Origin: Pavona decussata
Lineage: Eukaryota
Assembly (NCBI GenBank): GCA_977016875.1
Contig: CDRNST010000008.1
Coordinates: 1,736,001-1,800,000 of the forward strand
Length of the DNA: 64,000 nucleotides
Reading direction: 5' to 3'
The notes below the pieces were generated by a model. It was not told the origin of the DNA, searched no databases, and was given only the letters and a program-made list of their open reading frames with translations. Shown here in pieces: positions 49,454 through 61,699 of the stretch; the first letter of the stretch is position 1, and the number at the start of each line of letters is the position of its first letter. The translations under genes were made by a program, and so were the position numbers.

Positions 49454-50134
49454 TTAAGTTGTCGCTTGCTCAAACTTTTAGAAATGTTTTAAAAGATACT
49501 TGAAAGTTGGATCTTGAGTCCACGTTTTTGTCTTTAGCTTCTTTATATTTCATAACATGTCTATTTCTGTTTCCTACTTGTTTGATAGTTTCACATAAGT
49601 GTAAATTTTTTTTGTCATCCTTCTTCTTTCTTCTTTTTATTCGTGTTCTTGCCTCGGCTGCGAACAGCCGTTGTTAACCGCAGAACACAAGGAATTCTGT
49701 AATTTAACTTGTTAATTTGAAATAAGTTTGTTGTTGTTGAGAGATAGATTAATATAATTTAATTTTTTGTCACGGTTGAACAGATGCTGGTACATTTTTA
49801 CGCTGACAAAATGTTTTTACGTTACTGCCTCAGAGAAGCTGTAAATTGTTACAAGGTAGTTATTTTTAGCTGAGACAAATGATTGTCTGTTCAAGGTGAG
49901 AGTAGTTAAATGATTCATGGATGTATGAACATTCAATATTTATTTAACTGCAGATATTCCTATTTAAATAGCAAGCGAATTATAGAGTTGTGGGTTTAAG
50001 AAGATGCTTGCCAATGGAAGAAGATTGGTATTTATGCTCAACCACGCGCTGGTGTAAATGCTTAAGTGTAACCCCTACATAACTTGCATCACCCAAGTCA
50101 CATTGATATTTATAAACACAATTCTGATTTACAA

Positions 50135-50440
50135 TAGGTGCAGCATCTTCTTAATGAATACCGTAATGTCCCTAAAGACCTTGACAGATATTTTTCTGTC
50201 CTTAAGAAGCGCATGGATAAGTTCGATTGCTTAGTTTACGAAATGTTGCTAATTAGAGAGTTAACACCATCTCTCAATGTCCAATCGGACTCAATTCAAG
50301 CTAAACTATTTACGTGTTATTATATATTCAGAAATTATGTTAATTTTTTGGTGAACCATTTCTGACATTGACTTCATTTATTTCCATCACTTCGAACTTG
50401 ATAATGGCGTCATGACAACCCCAAAACGTTGTTCGGTTTT
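50135..50440 (+). mobile_element. Penelope-like element 3' fragment (GIY-YIG C-terminus)
   Basis: FSVLKK...KFDCLVYEMLLIRELTPSLNVQSDSIQAKLF, followed by a TTGATAATGGCGTCATG...AAACG terminal motif. Confidence 0.75.
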
Positions 50441-51122
50441 ATCGTTTATTTTTACTTGTCTATGTATAACCACACCAATATAAAGTAAATATAAAGATAC
50501 TGACCAAAATTTCAGCTTTCAGTGTGCTTCTAATTCTGTTACATCTTCTTGCAAAATGTCTAAAACAAAGTAGCTTTCCATGGTTTACCGCATTGTCTTA
50601 AAATTCATGGTCCTTGACTAGTTATAGGTGAAAGCCATGATCTGGTATATGACACAAAAACCGGTGGTGATCAAAGCTTGGCAAATGTTCCAGCCAATCA
50701 GGACAGGTTTGTTGTTAGTTCATATAATGACAATGATTTCAGACCTTGCAATTTGGGATAAATGACCAATTAAGACTAATTAAGGTTGCATTAGAATACT
50801 GAGTACATTTTGTGGTCCTTGAAAAATGTACGAGTACAAAAAAAATCATTATCGTTAATACAGTCGAACCTCTTTAATATAGACACCAAAGGGACAGTCA
50901 GTTCAGTGTCTGTCTTATAGAGGTGTCCTATTATAGAGGGAGTGTGTGAGTTTTGGTTTATTCTGTCACCTCTGGGTAGATGAGTGTATGATGTGACTGA
51001 CTACATGTCATGCATTTTATTAAGTTTAATGATGAGGTTTTCATCAATGATTTTAGTTGCTTAAAGAACCTGTTTTTATTAATTCTCCATTACTAGCGTT
51101 ATTGCTGTGTTTCCACCACCAG

Positions 51123-52995
51123 CAGCGATTGCAAAAATCACAATTTTACAAATGGACCTTGACACCCTCGATGATGGAGTTGAACTTAATGATTCCATAG
51201 TTGACTTTTTTATGATGTAAGTAGTAAGGGATTGAGAACACTTTCATAGGAGCAAAAGTTAGTGACACTATTATTTATACCTTAACAGCAGAAATTCTGA
51301 ATACTGCCATTCATTTCCACGACATAAGCTTAAATATAAATTTCTACAAGGTTTTAGTTTAGTGTTGTGCACCGTAAAGAATACAATACAAATAATACGT
51401 ACGTAACATTACATAATAAGCAACATTAATAATGCTCCGGCTTGATAAGCAAAAAGACAGAAGCACACAACCAGCACGATGCAAAATGCAAACTGTACGT
51501 CCACATATCATGTAGCTGGAATGCAAAACAGGTTAAACCCCTGCAAACCCACATTTATGCAACCCCATACACATGACACTGGAAGGATGCTGACCAGTAT
51601 TAGCTCGAGTCTAAGTTAGCCTTTAATTCCATTTAGCCACATTTAATATAACTGATACAAGCTAAACCATGTATTGGATTTCTTACAGAATTCGGATCAT
51701 TAGCGGTGGTCACACTACAGACTTTTGCCCTAGGGAAACTTGACTTGTTGACAGTTTCCATTGGGAAACTCAAATTTGCAAGTACGACCGATTTTTCCCC
51801 AGGTAAATTACCTTGGGGAAATTTTATCTTCTGGGGCTTGAATATTTCCCTAGACTGCTACCCCAAAACGACAGAAAGAGAAAGTTCAAATCCCAAGGTA
51901 GCTGATCAATAGACGCTTGTTGGCGAATGCGCTAATGACAGATACGAGATTAACGTGTTGTTAAAATGATTTTCTAATCAACCAAAATAGATTTGTTGTA
52001 TAAGATTGTAGGCTGCATCGTATTTGCAATTGAATAATAGTACCAAAAGCCTCACAAATCAAATGAAGAGACTAAAAAGCTTCCCTTAACATATGAAAAA
52101 ATTATCCGGCATGCTTGGGTTGACACGACAGTGTTATCGCCAATCCAAAATAACCAAGAATCAAAGTAATAAAATTTTGATCGTTGTCTTCATCGAATTG
52201 GCCGATCATGATACACTTCCTACAGTTATTAGAATAAAGAGAAAAATAGCAAATAATATGACAAGAACTTCTCGTTTATCTGCTTGATTCTCGTGCATGA
52301 TTTAAACAACCCCAGACGACAGTTTTATAGGTGTGACCTCTTCACCTGGGGAAATGAAACTTGAGATAAATTTACTTTGGGAAATTTTCCCTAGGTAAAA
52401 GTCTGTAGTGATAACCCAGCTATTAACTCAAAATATTAACATCTAACCAAATTAAACAAAAAGTAGTTATCATCAACATCATCAGGGATGTTTGCGTTGA
52501 CAGGTCTCATAAAACAGTCAGTCATACGTTAACATTGCTGAAGTATTAAAGAGAGAATTGCGAACGCTAATTTTTGTGTTATTAAATTCCAATTTCTCTT
52601 AACGGTATATTGCCCACACAATGGACCAAGAACAGCTTAACAGGAGCCACATCTTTAGCTCTTTTTTCTATTCAAGGCCGTCAAGAACAGTTAAGAAGGG
52701 ACACACCTTTGTTTTATTAGGTAATCATTTGCAAAAAAATGCACAATTAATTTTCCATGTACCACTTGTGTATGTGAAACTGTTGTGATCTTGATTCTTA
52801 TGTATAAAATTAATGTCAGTGCTTATACAGTTTGCTAAATGTCTATATTATTTTGTAAACAAATTTTGTATTTGCCTCAGTCCTTCCCAACTACATCTCT
52901 TGCAGTAACAATGAGAGATATCACACAGCGTCAACGTTTACAAGATGAATAGACATTTTCAACAAGAAATTTATCTTTGTACCAGTCTGCAGGAG
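51123..52995 (+). pseudogene. Ulp1/SENP (peptidase C48) exons 51123-51216, 52605-52720, 52906-52995
   Basis: ITILQMDLDTLDDGVELNDSIVDFFM|MYI...SHIFSSFFYS...FTR*IDIFNKKFIFVPV; exons for the catalytic His/Cys were not found. Confidence 0.8.
51702..52421. mobile_element. MITE (Harbinger-like) in the Ulp1 intron
   Basis: CACTACAGACTTTT..CCTAGGGAAA matched by TTTCCCTAGG.AAAAGTCTGTAGTG. Confidence 0.7.
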
Positions 52996-53184
52996 GTTTG
53001 TATAAGTGTTTAGAGTTCATGCATGAACTAACACAATGCACATTGTATTTCACTTTTGCTTAAGATTTGAATGTAGTTTTTTGGTGTTTCAAGCCAATGT
53101 GGTCACCATTACTGATGAGAAACATCTACCAGCATACAGTTTGTTAAGTCTAACCAAAATGGTGGGCAGACTCAGTGGAGACAT

Positions 53185-54090
53185 AATAAATAATAATAAA
53201 TGTAAAACTTATATTGCGCATATACAATAGAAATATTTTCATATGCGGAACCCCAAAGGCGATATTGAACCGGTCTGATAATACACCATCAACTGTAATT
53301 TTCTGAAAGCGATCAGATAAATACGAGGCGAACCAGTCTAAGACTTTTCCAGATACACCAAATTCTGTGCAGAAACGGTTTAAGAGAATTTGGTGGTCAA
53401 CCGTGTCAAAAAGGCAGCGCTGAGGTCCAGAAGGATAGGAAGCGTAACATGTTATTTATCCACATTCATTAGAATATCATTTTTAATTTTGAGTAGGGCT
53501 GTTTCAGTACTATGGTTAGGACAATATGCAGATTGGAACGTAGGAAACAGGTTATTCTTAACCAGATGGCACTGTAGCTGATCCGCTGCTGCTCGTTCCA
53601 CTAACTTAGAAACAAATTGGAGATTACTTATAGGGCGAAAATTTGTGAATGCCAAATCAGAACCACACATCTTGAGCGTAGGAGTTACAAGGGCCTCTTT
53701 CCATACGTCAGGAAAACACCAGACTGTAATGACTGGTTAATAATAACAGTTAGCAAGCGCACGAGGTCATCCAAACATTCTTTGACTACTTTCGTGGGGA
53801 CAGGATCCAGAAAACACGATTTCGTTGGTTCACTAAGTGCAAGTTTCTTGACAGAGTTTATACTGAGGAGCTCAAAATTAGAGAAAAATCCTGAGGAAGA
53901 TGAGGGTTGGAAACAATTTGCCGATGGAGCTAAGGTACCGTGATTTTTGTGAACTACAGCTGCTACATCTAACTCATAGCGAATGTTTGATACTTTCATT
54001 TTAAAAAAGGCTCCCAGTTCATTAGCAAGGGTCAACTTGTTACAGTGCTCTGAAAAAGGGGACTCCTTCACTTGATTAGGTATCTCTTTC
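53185..54090 (-). mobile_element. L2/CR1-group LINE fragment; RT N-half joined directly to a 3' tail
   Basis: KSCFLDPVPT, NFRPISNL.F.SKL.E, FQSAY..NHSTETAL, LLDLSAAFDTVDH, FGVP, then an abrupt junction at ~53248 to a stem-loop plus (TTA)n tail. Confidence 0.88.
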
Positions 54091-54210
54091 GTGATGGCAT
54101 CCCACAGGTTAACTGCGATTAATTTTCAAATTTTTGATGAACACACAAAGGGTTGCTAAAAGAAATTGCATTTTTTATGCATTCATTGTGTTTTACTATT
54201 TGTTTATTAA

Positions 54211-54985
54211 AGGAAGTCATTCCAAAATGCTCCCCTTTTTCCTTTCACTAATATAAGGTAAACATACTGACCGAAATTTCAGCTTCAATGCTCCACCAAT
54301 TCTAAGAAATCCACCTCTAAAGTTGCCCCAATTCAGACCACGAAGGCCGCCATTTTAAAGAATATTTAGCGGCCTGGCCGCATATCCGTGATGTCATTCC
54401 GTCCAACTTGAAATGGCAGGATGTTCAAACACAGCTGGTGGGCTTGTTGTAGGGCTAAATTTATTTTTCGTTTGGCTAGCGATCGGGCGTAAATGGTTTT
54501 AAAAATGAAACAGATGGTTCAATTTGAGCCGTAGATTTGTGTTTTTGATTGGAATTGTCTACTACCCAGCGATGTGATATGCAAGCATTTCGATCGTAGC
54601 TAGCTTGATATCGAGCCATGTGCAGTGGAACATCATCTTATTAATGCTTTATCGTTTTGGACCTGTATTTACAGTCCTGAGCTGAGGACTACAGCATTTT
54701 CAGTTCATAACTGAATGTCGAAAAAAACGGAACCGCCGAAAAGCAATGCAACAAGCCCACCAGCTGTGTTTGAGCTTCCTGCCATTTCAAGTTGGACAGA
54801 ATGATGTCACTAAATCTTCTTCAAAATGGCGGCCTTCGTGGTCCGAATTCGGACAACTTCAGGGGCTGATTTCTTAAGAATCACAAGCACATTAAAAGCT
54901 GAAGTTTTGGTCAGAATCTTATCTTTATATTTACTTTATATTGGAGAAAAGAAGACAAAGCTGCATTATGTCACGACCTTCTCCT
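54211..54985. mobile_element. Palindromic Kolobok-like MITE with TTAA TSD
   Basis: TTAA|AGGA...TCCT|TTAA with ~240-bp imperfect inverted arms. Confidence 0.8.
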
Positions 54986-55317
54986 TTAATTATTTTTAAT
55001 GTCAAATTCCTGTGAGCCTTTTCTCTATTTTTTTAGTGGACACTAGTTCCTAGCTTTAGTTTACAACCTGCCTTCCCTAGCGTTCCTATTCGGACAACTT
55101 CAGGGGCTGATTCTTAAGAATCGGAAGCACATTGGAATCTGAAGTTCTGGTCAGAATCTCATCTTTACATTTACTTTATATTGGAGAAAAGAAACCGCTG
55201 CATTATGTCATGACCTTCTCCTTTAATTAATTTTAATGTCAAATTCTTGTGAGCCTTTTCTCTATTTTTTTAGTGGACACTGGTTCCTAGCTTTAGTTTA
55301 CAACCTGACTTCCCTAG
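54847..55317. repeat. Tandem duplication (~240 bp) of the MITE right end plus flank
   Basis: ATTCGGACAACTTCAGGGGCTG...TTCCCTAG starts at 54847 and again at 55088. Confidence 0.9.
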
Positions 55318-55359
55318 TTGAACAAGGGAAAATGGACAGTGACTTGAGGTGAAGTTGTA

Positions 55360-56688
55360 TACGCCATTACAACTTCACGCCGATTTCAGTGTGTCATTGA
55401 GAAATGGGTGACTCCGCTGGATTTTGTTGCGTGAAGGCTCTCTTTATTCCTTTGGGCATTCTCTTCGGCAGCCGCGAAATTAGCTCGTTTTTACTCGGTG
55501 GAGAAAAGGTGAGAACTTTGCAGGAAGACCAAGATGCGAATTCAAAAGACAGGAACAATTGTCTAATTAAGCAGCCTTGAGCCCCGAAGTTGCGAGGGTA
55601 TTCCTTTGTTCTTGTTATCGATAGGAACTGCGAGGAATCACTGCAGACGTTTGATGGTTTTAAGTTCTTCGCAAAATACTTTAAGCTGTTATTTATATCA
55701 GTGAAGAAGAGTCTTTTGAGAGCTTTAAAAAGAGATCCTAAACGTGGTGTTTTGATCACTGTAAGCCGAGTTTCGATATTTTTCGCCAAGCGGTGCTTAG
55801 AGCGGCGAAGTTATTATGCTTAATTAAATTTGTGCATGGCATCATCATCTTCCCGACACGTGGAAATCAATACCATCTGTTTAATGATAACTTTTTTTTA
55901 CGAAAACGCTAAAACATTGATTTCTATTCCCTAAAGAAAGCACCTCAGGAGCTATGAAAGAGTCAAAAGAGTTCCAATTGTAATACACTGTACAAACTGG
56001 TATTTGATGTTGTGCGCTTTGTTTGTTACGAGTGAAGACGTGGTCGATCGTAATTAAGTTTATGTTTCTAAGATACTTGCTTCTAGCGAAGAGATTCCAA
56101 AATATCAGACCAAAAACGGATGAAACAAAGGGGAAACTCAGCGTGGAAGTCGCATTCTGATTATACTTAATGACGCATTGACAAACAACAACATCAGCTC
56201 TTTGGCCTATGCAGGCACGCACTCTTTTCAGTTGACCTTATTTACATTTTATATTCAGCGATGCTCTAACTTTTAGCTGAGAAGCGAGAATCTTTTATAG
56301 ATCGCTGTCATTTAAGATGACAGATAAACAAATCGGCAAATCCATGTATCCGTTTAGCGAACAAATTTCGTTTATTAATTATTCGTTAGTTTGCAGGACG
56401 GGAAGTTGTTTTTAAAACTTTCGATACTGGAGCGGCGCGTTGTGAGTCGATGTGTTCATGGTGACTCATTTCTCTAGCCTCCCCAGGGAGCTTCCACAGG
56501 CCAGCAGAAAACTCTGAAACAAAAGATAAAATATCTCACCTACTTCAAAGGCTTTGCGATCTTTGGAAACATGCTCTAATGTCGGAAATTGTTCGATAAA
56601 ATAGAGAACAATAGCTTGAATATATGAATACTTAACGACCCCAAAATTTGGGGTACACACTTAAATCGGCGTGAAGTTGTAATGGCAT
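55360..56688. mobile_element. Non-autonomous TIR element, family unassigned
   Basis: GCCATTACAACTTCACGCCGATTT.AGTGTGT and its reverse complement at 56655-56686. Confidence 0.8.
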
Positions 56689-58436
56689 CACTTGATTGTC
56701 GGTTGCTTCTAAGCATGACCAATTTTTTATTGTCATGATAAAACGTGACCTAATTTGGTATCAAAGACAACATGTCTCATCAAACATTTGAAGTTTTGAC
56801 AGCCTGTTACGCGACCTTTTACTCAACAACTGTTGACCAGAAATGACTTTGGTGAACATGCATTTGTTTGGAATAAGTTAAATTTGTTTTAACGCTAAAA
56901 TATTTATATTAGCCACAGTTAAGCATGGTTTGATTCAAACTTCCCAGTACTTTGAACGCCAAAGTTCAAATATTTAATGGCCACACATCTCATGTTTTTT
57001 TGTGATGTGACCACACTTAGATGCAATTGATGGTAATTCAACAATATAATTGAACGACTTACGGCAAAACCGCTTTATGTCAAAATGTTCAGATTTTTTT
57101 TGTTTTGCTCAGATTTGCCTCTTTTTTGCATATAGCCTACAATTCATTGGAAAAAAATCGTAACATATGTTTTTTTCCTCAATTTGGATGTCATTTTGAA
57201 GAAAATTCCATAGATATTTGTAGGTGTTTCCTTAGTGTCTTTCAGTAAAAGCCATTGTTAAGATAAAAACAATTAATTAAACATCCCTTGTGAATGAAAA
57301 CAAAAAATTTCGGCGAAGCTTTATGCATTCTTACATGTAGATCAAAGTCCTTATTGAATCCTTCAAATTTTAATCCTAATGATGACCGAACCTTCTATCT
57401 GACAACTGGCACGTAATTATAGCTTGAAAGCATGAAGCAAAGTATGTGAAAAAAATGCCCTATTATGGACTAGACATGCCCTATTATAGACTAATTATAC
57501 CATGTACGTAAAATTTTTGGAGAGTCCAATTTTGCATTGATCCGTAAATTACAAATTCGTTCCCAGCAGGCAGTGCCAGTCATTCCGAATCGCAAAGTTT
57601 TGCCACACAAAATACGAAAAAATTGCTAATCTGCAAATTAAAACTCCGACAAAATTCCATGCCACACGGTAGTAATGTTCAATACTTAGCGGTATTTATG
57701 GAATATCAAACCTGAATATCTGCATTATCATTCCAGGGTACCAATTGAAGGTCTGGGAGCATAACCCACTTATGTCGAATTTGAGCGTGGCTTTTGATTT
57801 CGCACGGATGTCTGAATTTTGGCTCTCCCTGGTTTGGAAAACATTTCGCGGTTTTACAATCGTGGACAAGACTCCTTGAGAAAACCAAACACGAACAGAA
57901 CAAAAACCACTTGCTTACTTCTCCCTCCCACCCCCTCCCCCTATGCAATGAGAACCGAACACAGACAGCCAAAAAAACACTCAATTACTGTTTCTCCCTT
58001 CATAATTCTACCACAGTTACTTCTCCCTTCCCCCCCCCTCCCCCTTATGCAATGTTGATGTGGGAAGTGATGCTTGCCAGGAAACTGTTCGTGACCCAAA
58101 AGACAACATTGAGTCAGGGGGAGGGGGAGGGGGATTTGGTAGTTTGCTTGTCTACAAGTGAATGCGCTTGGAAGGCAAGTAGTTTTCATAGGTTTTGTCC
58201 ACGTCAGACTCGTTTTCCAAATTATCGGTAGGCTAAAAGTTTCCACTGTCCACCAGCTGTGTTTAGTCGCACCAGTTGTTGTTTCTATAAGTAACGTTTG
58301 AGATGATATCATGGTTTGCTTTTGCGGGTTGTAACTAGCCCAAAATAGATTAAGGCAGTCGGGATAAACAACTTGCGTATCGTACTGGCTAGTTGGTTTC
58401 CCTTTTGTTCGGTGAAGTTTGTAAACGCACGACATC

Positions 58437-59429
58437 TATGGATCTTTTGAAAAGTTATGAAATTAATGAATGCAGTTCACAGGAACTGGTGGGCCGGAAA
58501 TGTTGTCCAAAGAATCCTTCCTTGGTAGTGACGACTGTGCCGTGGCGAATTTTTCAATTCCATTATCAAATCCCGCGGGAGCATCAGAGACAAATCCCGC
58601 CATGTGCAAGGTGTTTTTTGCAAGCCTTAGTTGTGGGTTGCTAGACTTGAAATTCGGTATGTAACGATTAACTTGACAATTTCAAGGCAATGATTCAATA
58701 AAAGTACGATTAACATAGATTTTCAACGGTTAACACCGACTGCTCGTAAAAAGAATAGATAGTCTTTACCTTTTAATAGAACTGCCGTTAATCGTTGTTA
58801 ATCGTTGAAATGGCTACATGTCTTCCTGTTAATCGATAGAATGCTAGTATTTTGCGTTATCAAAAGTGATATGTCGACAAACGGGACAAAGCTGGATTTT
58901 ACGCCAGGAAATGGACACATTTTCTCTTGGAGAATGTAACTGTTGACATTTCGGACATTCCTGTCACGTACGTAGTAGTTTGTAACAGAATCAAATAAAA
59001 GCGTGACAGCATTCTTCTCGTTGCTCCCGCGAAAAACACCGCTTTCGTGTGCCGTGTTTCAAAGACAACAAGTGTATATTGAATACAAGTATTTCATCCT
59101 CAGTGCATTGTCTTTTTGGTCATCCAGTGTCTATAATGTTACCGATATATCTTTACAAGATGGTAAAATTTCTCAATGGCATTAATACGAAACACAAAGC
59201 GGCGTGAAAAAATACTGGACAATGGTTTTCAATCGAATTGCAGTTCACATGCAAAAGTTTGGACAAATCCGAGCTACATCGAAAAACGGGCTGAAATTCG
59301 ACATAAGTCAGTTATGACATAAGTCGGTTATGGATCTTTTGAAAAGTTATGAAATTAATGAATGCAGTTCACAGGAACTGGTGGGCCGGAAATGTTGTCC
59401 AAAGAATCTTTCCTTGGTAGTGACGGCTG
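58437..59429. repeat. ~100-bp direct repeats (58437-58537 and 59329-59429)
   Basis: TATGGATCTTTTGAAAAG...GGTAGTGACG(A/G)CTG; nearly identical copies. Confidence 0.92.
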
Positions 59430-59968
59430 ATTGTAAACTTGGAAGACCCACTCAATCCAGCTGACGGGGCGTTACTCCCCAAGGAGTATTTACAGTTGAC
59501 TCTCGCCAACAAGAAAAAAGTGACACATATCTTGAATTTTAATCAGCGTCTTGTTTATAACTGTGCTTCTGCATAATTTTTCTTTCACTTCCCCTGAAGA
59601 AGGTCCGTGATTGTGACCGAAACGTTGGGAACATTTTATTGTAAATAATTTTAGAACGCTTTTAACCCACCAGTGTAACCTTATTTGTATCTCCAAAAAA
59701 TTTTTAATATGTGAAACGTTTTTAAATCGATTAGTATTTGTCTAATTTATTGACTTGTCGCGAGGGTGGGTTCATAAGGTTACTTAGGAAAAATTGACTG
59801 TTTACTATTCGTTCTATTCTTAAATATTCAGGAACAAGATAAGAATGACCAAACACAAAAAATCTCTGTAAATCGAGAAAACAGAACCATTACAATACCA
59901 AATATGTCTTGTGCGCGTGTCATTACAATTTTCAGTACAGTCTCGGCTAGATTGTCAGCGATCGTATA

Positions 59969-60753
59969 CTATAATGAAGTTTTCCGAATGAAAAATCGTA
60001 TGGTAAGTTTTCTGTACCATGAATACGAGTATAGACTCGGCCACCAAATAAGTTCCACTTCCCTTGTGCACCCTCCTTCGCCCATGCCAATATTGAAAAC
60101 CAACCGACTTGTCGGTCTCGCTGCCGGTTTTCTTGCTCTTGCCTTAGCAATTGCCAACGCCTTCTCTGCTTCTATATCTGACACGTCGGGAACTTCATCG
60201 TGGTTTCTGAACAATGCCTCAGACTTGAATTGCAAACTATCCTGCTCCTCTAGCAATTCCTTGAAGGTTTGCTCGTCAAATATTTTGTACGACAAACGCC
60301 TCGCACTCCTCTTAAAAATCAGCTGACAGCAGTGGCTTACGTCGGGCACACTGTCCAGCATCGGGCGGCCGAGGTGATTCAACATGTGAGCAAAGTACTT
60401 CTCCGGTACTTGATGGCAGTCAACATGGCACCATTTTGCTGTCGAGAAATGAAAAGAACTGTTCGCATCAGCTACAGAGTTGTAAAATATTCCAGGATAG
60501 AGCATTTACCTGGATGATCAGGTACCAATGATGCATGCAATCGTTCCACCAGAACGCCTAGCCATTGCAGGTAGTCTTCATCTTCATCGCCAAGCGCGGC
60601 TGATTTAGGCTCAACATAAGGAACACCAATTTCATCTTCAAACTTTGCTCTTTCAAGGCTGCTTTCATGATGCCTTAAATCAAAGTGCTTTCTTAGCGAA
60701 GCACCAGTCCTGAACTTCTTTCTACATAAGCGACAGGAAACTACAAACGGCAT
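59969..60753 (-). CDS. Apparently intact 237-aa protein: N-terminal C2H2 zinc finger plus unknown domain; exons 60753-60510 and 60438-59969
   Basis: CRLCRKKF.....LRKHFDLRH; a 71-nt GT-AG intron joins two open frames in phase (DHP-A-KWCHVDC); no internal stops. Confidence 0.75.
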
Positions 60754-61699
60754 GGCTACTTCTCATTATAGTCACCTTGTCTAACTCACTGAATCGAGCA
60801 GTTGGTAGATATGAAGCACTGTGGCATAAAGTCCGCACTTTTTGGCATCCAATGCCATTTCTCACTTTTGTGAAAATAACAAACAATTATCGTCAAACAA
60901 ATGAAACAATACATTGCCGGTTAGGCATGAAAGGGCCTTTATGTATGAAGGCAATGTTGTGTGGGTGCGTTGTCAGACAAACTAGAGTAAGTCCTCATGG
61001 AATAGAACTAAGAAGAACTTGTGCGAATTGTGTCATAAGAACCAATACGAACAAGTAACATCGTAGGATAGATTTATTTGAGATTTAATCGCGCACACGC
61101 GTATACATGTAGTTGGCGCATTTGCCCTTGGGGAAATGTCTATTGTTTCCATGATTGTTAAAAACAATAGACGCTTCTTACCTGCAAATGCGAGAATTAT
61201 ACCCATGTGCCGCGAATCAATCTAGCCATACTGTCGAACAATAGAACTAATGATTACGACTGATCGCGAGTTCATTTAACCAAGAACCTGCACTGATTCA
61301 AGTTAGCTGACAATCGCTTTGATTCATAGGTCAGTTGGCGGCCCGGTTGGCATCAGGTCCTGCTAAGATGTCGAAGTTTAGGAAACATTCCATCGAGGAA
61401 AAGCGAAGAAGATCAAAACTAAGGAAAGAAAGAAGTTTCGTCGAAAAACATTGATCTTGTCAACAACTATGCAAACTTATTTATTCAAGACTCAAGGATG
61501 ACTGACACATGTTGATTGTTGGATGAAAGTTGCTGAATGGAGGAACTGAACAAGGATATAAATGTACGCTCATAGAAAAAAAAAAAGAACTGGTCCTGCC
61601 AAAGAGATAAGCTCTTTTAAGCAGGGCTATTCGGAGCCCTTCACGTCAGCCGACATGTTATGTTATGTTATGTTAGAACTTTTCAAGAATCACTGACAG

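Larger units (their letters stand above)
35359..49855 (+). pseudogene. Multi-exon RAG1-core/Transib-like transposase (exons 35359-35462, 35816-35928, 41285-41358, 42045-42317, 44883-44975, 45236-45452, 49776-49855)
   Basis: Phase-compatible exons give VEFV|VTLDYK (D708-like), FCFICKAIR (C727/C730), LCSLH (H795), YGHLTIDH-x19-E in FSQQSFEASHK (H937/H942/E962 spacing as in RAG1). One frameshift at ~42225; the last acceptor is mutated; continuity across 42317-44883 is unresolved. Confidence 0.8.

Noticed and set aside
45464-49492. Paired ORFs (MAKTSTR..., MHFLPPL..., MLVNKGA...) as duplicated genes
   Set aside because: They are mirror products of the foldback arms and carry no recognisable domains.
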